A stretch of 64,000 nucleotides of DNA from an uncultured bacterium. Lineage in GTDB: Bacteria > Chloroflexota > Limnocylindria > QHBO01. Location of the stretch: positions 5,402 through 69,401 of the forward strand of contig CBFGTN010000003.1 of assembly GCA_965652075.1 (NCBI GenBank). The letters run 5' to 3'. Below, one piece after another: positions 26,442 to 33,992 of this stretch. Each line of letters opens with the position of its first letter. Within the stretch, counting starts at the first letter, position 1. The translations under genes and the position numbers were made by a program. The notes under the pieces were generated by a model. The model had not been told where the DNA came from and ran no database searches. It saw only the letters and a list, made by a program, of their open reading frames with translations.

Positions 26442-27214
26442 CGGCGACCCCCGTCCCGCTCGACGTCGATGCCCGCGCGGCGATCGCGGAGCTGCTGCTG
26501 TGCGTCGCCGACGACGAGTTCGTCATTGGCTTCTGGGACTCCGAGTGGACCGGCATCGCGCCGATGCTCGAGGAGGACGTGGCGACGAGCTCGATCGCAC
26601 AGGACGAGATCGGCCATGCGCGGGCGCTGTACGAGCTGCTCGCGGAGCTGACCGATGACGACCCCGATCGGATCGCCTATGGGCGCGAGCCCGCCGACTA
26701 CCGGCACGCGTCGCTCCTCAACCACGCCCGCGGTGACTGGGCGTTCACCGTCGCGCGGCGCTACCTGTACGAGACCGCCGACTCCGTCCGGCTCGCGGCG
26801 CTCGCGTCCTCGTCGCACGAGCCGCTGGCTGCGCTTGCCGCGAAGATGCGGCGCGAGGAGACCTACCACCTTCTGCATGCCGACGCGTGGCTGCGCCGGC
26901 TCGCGGAGGGTGGCCCGGAGACCTCGGATCGCCTGGCGACCTCGCTCCGCGGCCTGTGGTCCGACGCGCAGGACGTCTTCGCGCCGCTGGATGCGGGCGA
27001 GGTGCTCGCGCGAGAGGGCCTGCTGGCGCGGCCGATGAGCGAGCTGCACGCGGACTGGCAGCGGCAGGTTCGCCCGGTGCTCGAGCCGATCGCCGGCGCG
27101 CTGCCCGATGGGCTGCCGACGCCCGACGGACGGCGGCGACGCACCGATGACTTCTCGTGGCTGCACGGCGAGCTGACGAGCGTCGCGCGCGCGGAGTCGG
27201 GAGCGATGTGGTGA
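26438..27214 (+). CDS. paaC: 1,2-phenylacetyl-CoA epoxidase subunit C
   Basis: LLLCVADDEFVIGFWDSEW...SIAQDEIGHARALYELL. The GTG start overlaps the paaB stop (GTGA). Confidence 0.85.
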   Translation: MTATPVPLDVDARAAIAELLLCVADDEFVIGFWDSEWTGIAPMLEEDVATSSIAQDEIGHARALYELLAELTDDDPDRIAYGREPADYRHASLLNHARGDWAFTVARRYLYETADSVRLAALASSSHEPLAALAAKMRREETYHLLHADAWLRRLAEGGPETSDRLATSLRGLWSDAQDVFAPLDAGEVLAREGLLARPMSELHADWQRQVRPVLEPIAGALPDGLPTPDGRRRRTDDFSWLHGELTSVARAESGAMW

Positions 27215-27732
27215 CCGCCCAGGCCATCGACACGCGCGAGGCACGGGTCTGGTCCGAGCTCGCCGCCATCCCCGATCCGGAGATCCCCGCGATCGGCCTG
27301 GTCGACCTCGGCGTCATCGGCTCGGTCACGGTGGACGACGGCCGCGTCGAGATCGAGCTGCTGCCAACGTTCGTCGGCTGCCCGGCGATCGGCGTGATGC
27401 GGGAGCAGATCGCCGAGCGCATCGGTGCCCTCGGCGTCGCCGACGCGGTCGACGTCCGACTCAGCTTCGACCCGCCGTGGACGAGCGACCGGATCACGCC
27501 CGAGGGGCGTGAGCGGCTCCGGCTCAGCGGCTTCGCGCCGCCGCAGATCGGTCCTGTGCCAGCCGCCGGGGTGAGCCCCCTGGAGGAGCTCACCGTCCTC
27601 ACCGCCGCCGAGTGTCCGTACTGCGGCTCGCGCAATACGACGCTCGAGAATCCCTTCGGGCCGACGCTGTGCCGCGCGATCCATCACTGCGCCGACTGCC
27701 GTCAGCCGTTCGAGCAGTTCAAGCGCATCTGA
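27208..27732 (+). CDS. paaD: Phenylacetate-CoA oxygenase subunit PaaD (PaaJ)
   Basis: IPDPEIPAIGLVDLGVI...TFVGCPA...DPPWTSDRI and a C-terminal Cys-rich zinc-ribbon tail (CPYCGS...CADC). The GTG start overlaps the end of paaC. Confidence 0.85.
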   Translation: MVTAQAIDTREARVWSELAAIPDPEIPAIGLVDLGVIGSVTVDDGRVEIELLPTFVGCPAIGVMREQIAERIGALGVADAVDVRLSFDPPWTSDRITPEGRERLRLSGFAPPQIGPVPAAGVSPLEELTVLTAAECPYCGSRNTTLENPFGPTLCRAIHHCADCRQPFEQFKRI

Positions 27733-27778
27733 GCGCGCGGCGGCCACGGCTGGCCCGCCGATTGCATCCCGGCCGAGC

Positions 27779-28504
27779 ATGCGCATCGCCGCCGTCGGCG
27801 ACCTGCACTGCACGCGCGACTCGGCGGGCAGCCTGCGCCCGCTCTTCGCCGATGCGAGCGACGCGGCCGACGTCATCGCACTGTGCGGTGACCTGACCGA
27901 CCACGGTCATCCCGACGAGGCCGACGTGCTCGCCGCCGAGCTGAGCGGCGCGTCGGTCCCGGTCGTCGCCGTGCTCGGCAACCACGATCACGAGACGGGG
28001 GAGGCGCAGGCCGTCGCGGACCGGCTCATCCATGCCGGGGCCACGATGCTCGAGCGCGACAGCGTCGAGATCGACGAGGTCGGCTTCGCCGGCACGAAGG
28101 GCTTCGCCGGCGGCTTCGGGATGCACGCGCTCGGCGCGTGGGGCGAGTCGCCCATCAAGGCCTTCGTGCAGGCGGCGATCGACGAGGAGCTTGCGCTCGA
28201 GGCCGGGCTGGCCCGGCTGCGGACGCGGCACAAGGTGGCGGTCCTGCACTACTCGCCGATCCGGGCCACCGTCGAGGGCGAGCCGGAGGCGATCCACGCC
28301 TGGCTCGGCTCGAGCCGCCTGGAGGAGCCGATCGACCGTTATGACGTCACGGCCGTCGTCCATGGGCACGCGCACTACGGGACGCTCGATGGCCGCACCC
28401 GGGGCGGCGTGCCGGTGTACAACGTCGCCCGGCCGCTGCTCCAGAAGCGCGGCGACGCGCGCGGCTTCCGCGTGATCGAAGTCCCACCGGCTGCGGACCG
28501 ATGA
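27779..28504 (+). CDS. Calcineurin-like metallophosphoesterase
   Basis: Signature blocks are present: AAVGDLH, ALCGDLTDHG, VLGNHDHE, and GHAH near the C-terminus. Confidence 0.85.
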   Translation: MRIAAVGDLHCTRDSAGSLRPLFADASDAADVIALCGDLTDHGHPDEADVLAAELSGASVPVVAVLGNHDHETGEAQAVADRLIHAGATMLERDSVEIDEVGFAGTKGFAGGFGMHALGAWGESPIKAFVQAAIDEELALEAGLARLRTRHKVAVLHYSPIRATVEGEPEAIHAWLGSSRLEEPIDRYDVTAVVHGHAHYGTLDGRTRGGVPVYNVARPLLQKRGDARGFRVIEVPPAADR

Positions 28505-29247
28505 CCGGCCGCCTCGTCGACGAGCTCGATCAGCGCACGATCGCCTTCTACCTGGACGCGATGGATGCGCTCGAGGCGGCAAGCGTTGGATTCCTCGTCG
28601 GCGGGGCGTGGGCATTCGAGGCGCACACCGGCATCGGCGGCCGGACAAAGGACCTCGACCTCTTCCTCCGGCCAGGAGACGTCGAGGAGGCGCTGTCCGT
28701 CCTCGAGGCCAGGGGCTACCGCACCGAGCTGACGAGCCCGATCTGGATCGGCAAGGCGTTCCACGACGGCGAGATCGTCGACCTGATCTTCAGCTCGGGC
28801 AACGGGCTGTGCACGGTCGACGATGCGTGGTTCGACCACGCGATCCCGGCCACGGTCCTCAACCGCCGCGTCGGGCTCATCCCGATCGAGGAGATGATCT
28901 GGTCGAAGTCCTTTCTCATGGAGCGCGATCGCTTCGACGGGGCCGACGTCCAGCACCTGATCCTGGCGGCCGATGGCGCGCTCGACGGGGAGCGGCTGCT
29001 CGGCCGATTCGGCGTCCACTGGCGCGTCCTCCTGGCGCACGTCGTCCTCTTCGACTACGCGTTTCCCTCGAAGCGCGGCCTCCTGCCGGACGGGCTGCGC
29101 CAGACGGTCCTCGAGCGCGTTTCGATGACGGACGAGGCGGTCGAGGTCGACCGCGCTCGCGACGTGACGTACGGCACGTTCCTCAGCCGCCATCAATACA
29201 CCGGCGACGTCGAGGGCGGCGCGTTCATCGACGCCCGAGACGCATAG
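28501..29247 (+). CDS. Uncharacterised nucleotidyltransferase-fold protein (NTP_transf_5-like)
   Basis: A Pol-beta-type NTase signature is present: FLVGGAWAFEAHTGIGGRTKDLDLFL (G-G...DxD). An ATGA overlap links it to the metallophosphoesterase gene. Confidence 0.6.
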   Translation: MTGRLVDELDQRTIAFYLDAMDALEAASVGFLVGGAWAFEAHTGIGGRTKDLDLFLRPGDVEEALSVLEARGYRTELTSPIWIGKAFHDGEIVDLIFSSGNGLCTVDDAWFDHAIPATVLNRRVGLIPIEEMIWSKSFLMERDRFDGADVQHLILAADGALDGERLLGRFGVHWRVLLAHVVLFDYAFPSKRGLLPDGLRQTVLERVSMTDEAVEVDRARDVTYGTFLSRHQYTGDVEGGAFIDARDA

Positions 29248-29293
29248 CCTCCGCTCGACTGCGTCGGGGTGACGGAGACGCTACGCTGCGCGG

Positions 29294-31090
29294 ATGGCAA
29301 TCGACGCGGACGAGATCGCGCCCGAGGCGACCGACCACCTCGCCGCGATGCGCCACAGCGCGGCACACATGATGGCGGCCGCCGTCCTCGACCTGTTTCC
29401 CGACGCCAAGCTCGGCATCGGTCCGGCCATCAAGGACGGCTTCTACTACGACTTCGACCTGCCCCGCCCGCTGACGCCGGCGGACCTCGAGCAGATCGAG
29501 GCGAAGATGCGCGAGCAGCAGGCCGCCGACCTGCAGTTCGAACGCTCGCGAGATCTCCCGCGCGCCGAGGCGATCGAGCTCGTCCGCGAGCGGAACCAGC
29601 CGTTCAAGATCGAGATCATCGAGGACCTCCCCGAGTCGGAGGGCCCGACGGTCAGCTTCTACCGGCACGGCGACTTCGAGGATCTCTGCAGGGGCGGCCA
29701 CCTCGAATCCACCAAGGACCTCGGCGCGTTCAAGCTCCTGAACACGGCCGGTGCGTACTGGCGTGGCGACGAGACCCGGCCGATGCTCCAGCGCATCTAC
29801 GGCACCGCCTGGGACACGGCCGAGCAGCTCGACCAGCACCTGTGGCGCATCGAGGAGGCGAAGAAGCGCGACCATCGCAAGCTCGGCCGTGAGCTCGACC
29901 TCTTCACCTTCCACCCCGAGTCGCCTGCCGCCCCGTTCCTCCATCCGCGCGGCATGGCGCTATGGCGGTCGCTCGAGGATTGGTCGCGCGAGGTCCGGCG
30001 CGGGGCCGGCTTCCACGAGGTCCGCACCCCGAGCCTCGTGCGCAAGGAGCTGTGGGAGACGTCCGGGCACTGGGGCAACTACCAGGACAACATGTTCGTG
30101 CTGGACGACTACGACCACGTCTCCGGGCTGAAGCCGATGAACTGCCCGGAGGAGATCCTCATCTACCGCACGCGGGCGCGCTCGTATCGGGACCTGCCGA
30201 TGCGGTTCAACGACTATTCCGTCCTGTTCCGCAAGGAGCGAACGGGCGTCCTGGCCGGGATGTTCCGCGTGCGCCAGCTGACGCAGGACGACTCGCACGT
30301 CTTCTGTCGCGACGACCAGGTCGACGACGAGATCCGCCTTGCCCTGTCCCTCGTGAGGACGCAGTACGCGCCGTTCGGCTTCGAGCCGCGGGCGAAGCTC
30401 GCCACCCGGCCGGAGAAGTACGTCGGCTCGGAGGACGACTGGGAGCGCGCCACGAACCGGCTCCGGGAGCGCCTCGAGGAGGACGGGATGCCGTACGAGA
30501 TCGACCCCGGCGGCGGGACGTTCTACGCGCCGAAGATCGACATCTACATCGAGGACGCGCTCGGCCGCGAGTGGCAGATGGCGACGATCCAGGCCGACTA
30601 CCAGCTGCCGCAGCGCTTCGACCTCGAGTACCGCGCGACCGACGGTGGCTTCGAGCGCCCGGTCGTCATCCATTACGCGATCTACGGCTCGTTCGAGCGA
30701 TTCATCGGCATCATCACCGAGCACTACACCGGCGCCTTCCCGTTCTGGCTGGCGCCGGTCCAGGTCATGGTCGTCCCGATCGCCGACCGCCATCTCGAGT
30801 ACGCCGCCTCGGTCCGCGGGGCGCTGGCCGATGCGGGGCTGCGCGCCGAGGTGGACGACCGCTCGGAGCGGATGCAGCTGAAGCTGCGGGACGCGCAGGA
30901 GCAGAAGATCCCGGTGATGGTCGTCGTCGGGGACCGCGACGCCGAGGCGGGCGCGGTGTCACCGCGCCTGCGGACCGGTGAGTCGTCGCAGGGCGTGCCG
31001 CTGGCCGACTTCGTGGCCGACCTGCGGGGACGGGACGCGTCCCGCGAGCTCTGGCCCGTCGCGGAGGGCGACGCGCCTGCCGCGTCGTAA
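29294..31090 (+). CDS. thrS: Threonyl-tRNA synthetase, short form lacking the N-terminal TGS domain
   Basis: Editing-domain motifs HSAAHMMAAAV and GPAIKDGFYYDF are present, followed by class II core motifs (FRKERTGVLAGMFRVRQLTQDD, GSFERF) and an anticodon-binding C-terminus. A TACGCT box lies 6 nt upstream of the ATG. Confidence 0.93.
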   Translation: MAIDADEIAPEATDHLAAMRHSAAHMMAAAVLDLFPDAKLGIGPAIKDGFYYDFDLPRPLTPADLEQIEAKMREQQAADLQFERSRDLPRAEAIELVRERNQPFKIEIIEDLPESEGPTVSFYRHGDFEDLCRGGHLESTKDLGAFKLLNTAGAYWRGDETRPMLQRIYGTAWDTAEQLDQHLWRIEEAKKRDHRKLGRELDLFTFHPESPAAPFLHPRGMALWRSLEDWSREVRRGAGFHEVRTPSLVRKELWETSGHWGNYQDNMFVLDDYDHVSGLKPMNCPEEILIYRTRARSYRDLPMRFNDYSVLFRKERTGVLAGMFRVRQLTQDDSHVFCRDDQVDDEIRLALSLVRTQYAPFGFEPRAKLATRPEKYVGSEDDWERATNRLRERLEEDGMPYEIDPGGGTFYAPKIDIYIEDALGREWQMATIQADYQLPQRFDLEYRATDGGFERPVVIHYAIYGSFERFIGIITEHYTGAFPFWLAPVQVMVVPIADRHLEYAASVRGALADAGLRAEVDDRSERMQLKLRDAQEQKIPVMVVVGDRDAEAGAVSPRLRTGESSQGVPLADFVADLRGRDASRELWPVAEGDAPAAS

Positions 31091-31105
31091 CTCCCGGAGC
31101 CCCCA

Positions 31106-31471
31106 ATGAGGAAGATGCGCGGCGTGGGGCAGCTCGCGCTGCGGTCCACGGACCCGGCGAGAGTCGCCGAGTTCTACGAGTCGGCATTCGGCTTCCGTCG
31201 ACTCGCCGGCGACGAGGCCGGCGTCGACCTTGAGCTCGGTGGGTTCGAGCTGAGCTTCCGACGGGGCGACGAGTCGACGCGCGACGGCATCCAGATCGGC
31301 TTCAAGGTCGAGACCGCCGGCGAGGTGGACGCGTGGGCGCAGGAGCTCGCGCGACGCGGCTTCGCGCTGGCGGCGCCGCCGTCCGGAGACCGATGGGAGG
31401 GCTCGAGGAGCTTCCGAATCGCCGATCCCGACGGCCGCCAGGTGGCCGTCTTCTACGACTTCCCGCGTTGA
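31106..31471 (+). CDS. VOC (glyoxalase/bleomycin-resistance/dioxygenase) family protein
   Basis: A single beta-alpha-beta-beta-beta module pattern is visible: LALRSTDPARVAEFYESAFGF...FRIADPDGRQVAVF. Confidence 0.7.
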   Translation: MRKMRGVGQLALRSTDPARVAEFYESAFGFRRLAGDEAGVDLELGGFELSFRRGDESTRDGIQIGFKVETAGEVDAWAQELARRGFALAAPPSGDRWEGSRSFRIADPDGRQVAVFYDFPR

Positions 31472-31497
31472 CCATCCGTTCGAAATCGGTGTAGAAT
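31468..31497 (+). promoter_or_regulatory. Candidate promoter of infC-rpmI-rplT: TTGACC-18 nt-TAGAAT
   Basis: The -35 at 31468..31473 overlaps the VOC stop. The -10 is TAGAAT at 31492..31497, preceded by TG. This is an AT-rich island in an otherwise GC-rich sequence. Confidence 0.5.
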
Positions 31498-31524
31498 CCG
31501 CCGGCAATTCGCGTACGTTCGCAG

Positions 31525-31563
31525 GGCCACCCGTCCGTGATCGGCCAGGTGGCCTTGTTGTTG
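31525..31563 (+). promoter_or_regulatory. Leader hairpin plus T-rich run in the infC 5' UTR (possible L20- or IF3-responsive attenuator)
   Basis: GGCCACC-16 nt loop-GGTGGCC is followed directly by TTGTTGTTG, and the SD GAAGGGG follows immediately. Confidence 0.35.
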
Positions 31564-31575
31564 AAGGGGTAGACA

Positions 31576-32229
31576 CTGGCAAGGGATCTCCGCGTCAACG
31601 AGATGATCCGCATCCGTGAAGTCCGGGTCATCGACGATGAGGGGCAGCAGCTCGGCGTGATGGCGACGTCCAGTGCGCTCGCGCTGGCCCAGGAGAAGGG
31701 CCTCGACCTCGTGGAGGTCGCGCCCACCGCCGTCCCGCCGGTCACCCGGATCCTCGACTACGGGCAGTACAAGTACGAGCTGCAGAAGCGCGAGCGCGAA
31801 CAGAAGAAGAAGCAGAAGTCGCAGACCTTCAAGGAGGTCCGCCTGGGCGTCAAGGTCGACGTCCACGATCTGCAGACCAAGGCTCGCCGCGCGGCCCAGT
31901 TCCTGGACCACGGCGACCGCGTGAAGGTCACGGTCCGCTTCCGCGGCCGCGAGATCAGCCACGCGAACCTCGGACGTGACCTGCTCATGCGAACGGCCGA
32001 GCTGCTGGGGGAGCACGGGGCCATCGAGCGGCAGCCGCTGCTCGAGGGCCGCAGCATGTACATCGTCATGGCACCGCTCGAGAAGCGGGCCGAGAAGAAG
32101 ACGGAGACGGAAGACGGCGAGGCCGCCGAGCCGTCGAGCGGGCCGCCGACGGGCGGCGAGACCATCGGCGACGCGATCGCCGCCAAGGGCAGCGCGCCCC
32201 AGGCGGCCAGCGAGGCGCCGACACAGTAG
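31576..32229 (+). CDS. infC: Translation initiation factor IF-3, apparently with a CTG start codon
   Basis: The sequence ..[23 protein letters not shown].. and the conserved IF3 N- and C-domains are present. The in-frame stop TAG at 31570..31572 leaves only CTG 31576 or ATG 31603 as starts. The SD GAAGGGG lies 6 nt before the CTG and 33 nt before the ATG, and the ATG would remove the residues that normally precede the IN-x-IR motif. Confidence 0.85.
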   Translation: MARDLRVNEMIRIREVRVIDDEGQQLGVMATSSALALAQEKGLDLVEVAPTAVPPVTRILDYGQYKYELQKREREQKKKQKSQTFKEVRLGVKVDVHDLQTKARRAAQFLDHGDRVKVTVRFRGREISHANLGRDLLMRTAELLGEHGAIERQPLLEGRSMYIVMAPLEKRAEKKTETEDGEAAEPSSGPPTGGETIGDAIAAKGSAPQAASEAPTQ

Positions 32230-32246
32230 GGATCGACAACCACGCC

Positions 32247-32456
32247 ATGCCGAAGATGAAGACCCACAAGGGGACGGCCAAGCGCTACAAGAAGACCGGC
32301 TCCGGAAAGTGGATCCGGCCGAAGGCCTGGCGCGGCCATCACCTCGAGATCAAGTCGAGCCGTCGGACGCGCCGCTACGCCGGCAAGGCGCTCGTTTCCG
32401 GGACGCACAGCGATGCCCTCGAGGTGCTGATGCCGTACGCCGGGAAGGGGAAGTAG
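32247..32456 (+). CDS. rpmI: 50S ribosomal protein L35
   Basis: [21 protein letters not shown]... Confidence 0.95.
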   Translation: MPKMKTHKGTAKRYKKTGSGKWIRPKAWRGHHLEIKSSRRTRRYAGKALVSGTHSDALEVLMPYAGKGK

Positions 32457-32459
32457 CCG

Positions 32460-32819
32460 ATGGCCAGGGTGAAGCGCGGCGTCACCTCGCGCCGCCGCCA
32501 CAAGCGGCTGCTCAACCGCGCCGAGGGCCGGCGCGGGACGCGATCGAAGCTCGTCCGCCCCGCGCGCGAGGCGCTCATCCATGCGCTCGTCTACGCCTAC
32601 CGCGATCGCCGCGACCGAAAGCGCGACATGCGCCGCCTGTGGATCGAGCGCATCAACGCGGCGTCGCGCCAGCACGGGATGCCGTACGGCCGATTCATCG
32701 CCGGGCTGAAGGGCGCCGGCGTCGAGGTCAATCGCAAGATCCTCGCGGACATGGCCGTTCGGGAGCCCGCCGCCTTCGCGGCGATGGTCGAAACGGCCAA
32801 GTCTTCCTTTACCAGCTGA
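32460..32819 (+). CDS. rplT: 50S ribosomal protein L20
   Basis: [18 protein letters not shown]...[23 protein letters not shown]. Confidence 0.95.
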   Translation: MARVKRGVTSRRRHKRLLNRAEGRRGTRSKLVRPAREALIHALVYAYRDRRDRKRDMRRLWIERINAASRQHGMPYGRFIAGLKGAGVEVNRKILADMAVREPAAFAAMVETAKSSFTS

Positions 32820-32846
32820 CCGGCGTCACCGGCGCCGGTCACCGTC

Positions 32847-32887
32847 ACGACCCCTCCCGGAATCCGGGACGGGGTCGTTCGTTTTCC
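32847..32887 (+). terminator. Intrinsic terminator after rplT
   Basis: ACGACCCCTCCCGG-aat-CCGGGACGGGGTCGT forms a stem with one bulge and is followed by TCGTTTTCC. Confidence 0.7.
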
Positions 32888-32906
32888 TCGATGATGTGAG
32901 CGCAGC

Positions 32907-33989
32907 ATGACCGACCTCCGAACCGATCTCGAGCGCCTCAGGACCGATGCCGTGACGCGCGTCGCCTCGGCCCCCGATGCGGATGCCGTGGCGGCCCTCC
33001 GCCACGAGCTGTTCGGCCGATCGGGCAGCGTGACCGCCCTGCTGAAACAGCTCGGATCGGTCGTGAGCGAGGACCGCCCCGCGATCGGGCAGCTGGCCAA
33101 CGAGGTCCGCCGCGAGCTGGAGGCTGCGATCGAGGCTCGCCTCGAGACGTTGGCAGGCTCGGAGGACGAGGCCCGCCTCGAGGCGGAGGCCCTCGACATG
33201 AGCGCGCCGGGACGGCCCCTGGCGATCGGCCATCTCCATCCGGTGATGACCCTGATGCGCGACCTGCGCGAGATCTTCCATGCCTACGGCTTCGAGGTCT
33301 TCGAGGGGCCGGAGATCGAGACGGACGAGTTCAACTTCGAGCTGCTGAACATCCCACCCGACCATCCCGCCCGCGACCTGTGGGACACGCTGTACGTCGC
33401 GGAGCCGGGAAGTGTCGAGGCCGGCGACCCGCGCCCCGCCGAGGACGGCACGATCCTCAGGACGCACACGTCACCGACGCAGATCCGGGCGATGCGGGCG
33501 CTCGAGCCACCGATCCGCGTGCTGACGCCTGGCCGCTGCTTCCGGTACGAGGCGGTCGACGCAAGCCACGGCTTCGAGTTCTTCCAGGTCGAGGGGCTCG
33601 TCGTCGACCGCGACACGAGCCTCGCCGATCTCAAGGGCCTGCTCGAGGAGGTCGCTCGCGCGCTCTACGGGCGCGACGTCGGGACGCGGTTCCGCCCCGG
33701 CTACTACCCGTTCACGGAGCCGAGCGTCGCCTTCGACGTCACCTGCCTCGTGTGCGGCGGCGTCGGCTGCGCGGCGTGCAAGCGCACGGGCTGGATGACG
33801 ATCCTGGGCGCCGGGATGATCCACCCGACGGTGCTTCGAAACGGCGGCTTCGATCCGGACGAGTACCAGGGCTACGCGTTCGGCATGGGGCCGGACCGGA
33901 TGACGATGCTGCGACACGGGATCGCCGACATCCGGCTGCTGTTCGGCGCGGACCTGCGCTTCGCCACGCAGTTCCCGGCGGGGCGCTGA
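32907..33989 (+). CDS. pheS: Phenylalanyl-tRNA synthetase alpha subunit
   Basis: HPVMTLMRDLREIFHAYGFEV...PPDHPARDLWDT...LRTHTSPTQIR...FRPGYYPFTEPS...GAGMIHP. Confidence 0.95.
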   Translation: MTDLRTDLERLRTDAVTRVASAPDADAVAALRHELFGRSGSVTALLKQLGSVVSEDRPAIGQLANEVRRELEAAIEARLETLAGSEDEARLEAEALDMSAPGRPLAIGHLHPVMTLMRDLREIFHAYGFEVFEGPEIETDEFNFELLNIPPDHPARDLWDTLYVAEPGSVEAGDPRPAEDGTILRTHTSPTQIRAMRALEPPIRVLTPGRCFRYEAVDASHGFEFFQVEGLVVDRDTSLADLKGLLEEVARALYGRDVGTRFRPGYYPFTEPSVAFDVTCLVCGGVGCAACKRTGWMTILGAGMIHPTVLRNGGFDPDEYQGYAFGMGPDRMTMLRHGIADIRLLFGADLRFATQFPAGR

Positions 33990-33992
33990 CCG

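Noticed and set aside
29248-29293. T-box or other leader riboswitches upstream of the aminoacyl-tRNA synthetase genes thrS, pheS and tyrS.
   Set aside because: The upstream regions are only 46, 87 and 123 nt. The pheS region is largely occupied by the rplT terminator. A -10 box sits 6 nt from the thrS and tyrS start codons. There is no room for a roughly 200-nt T-box, and I saw no conserved T-box sequence.
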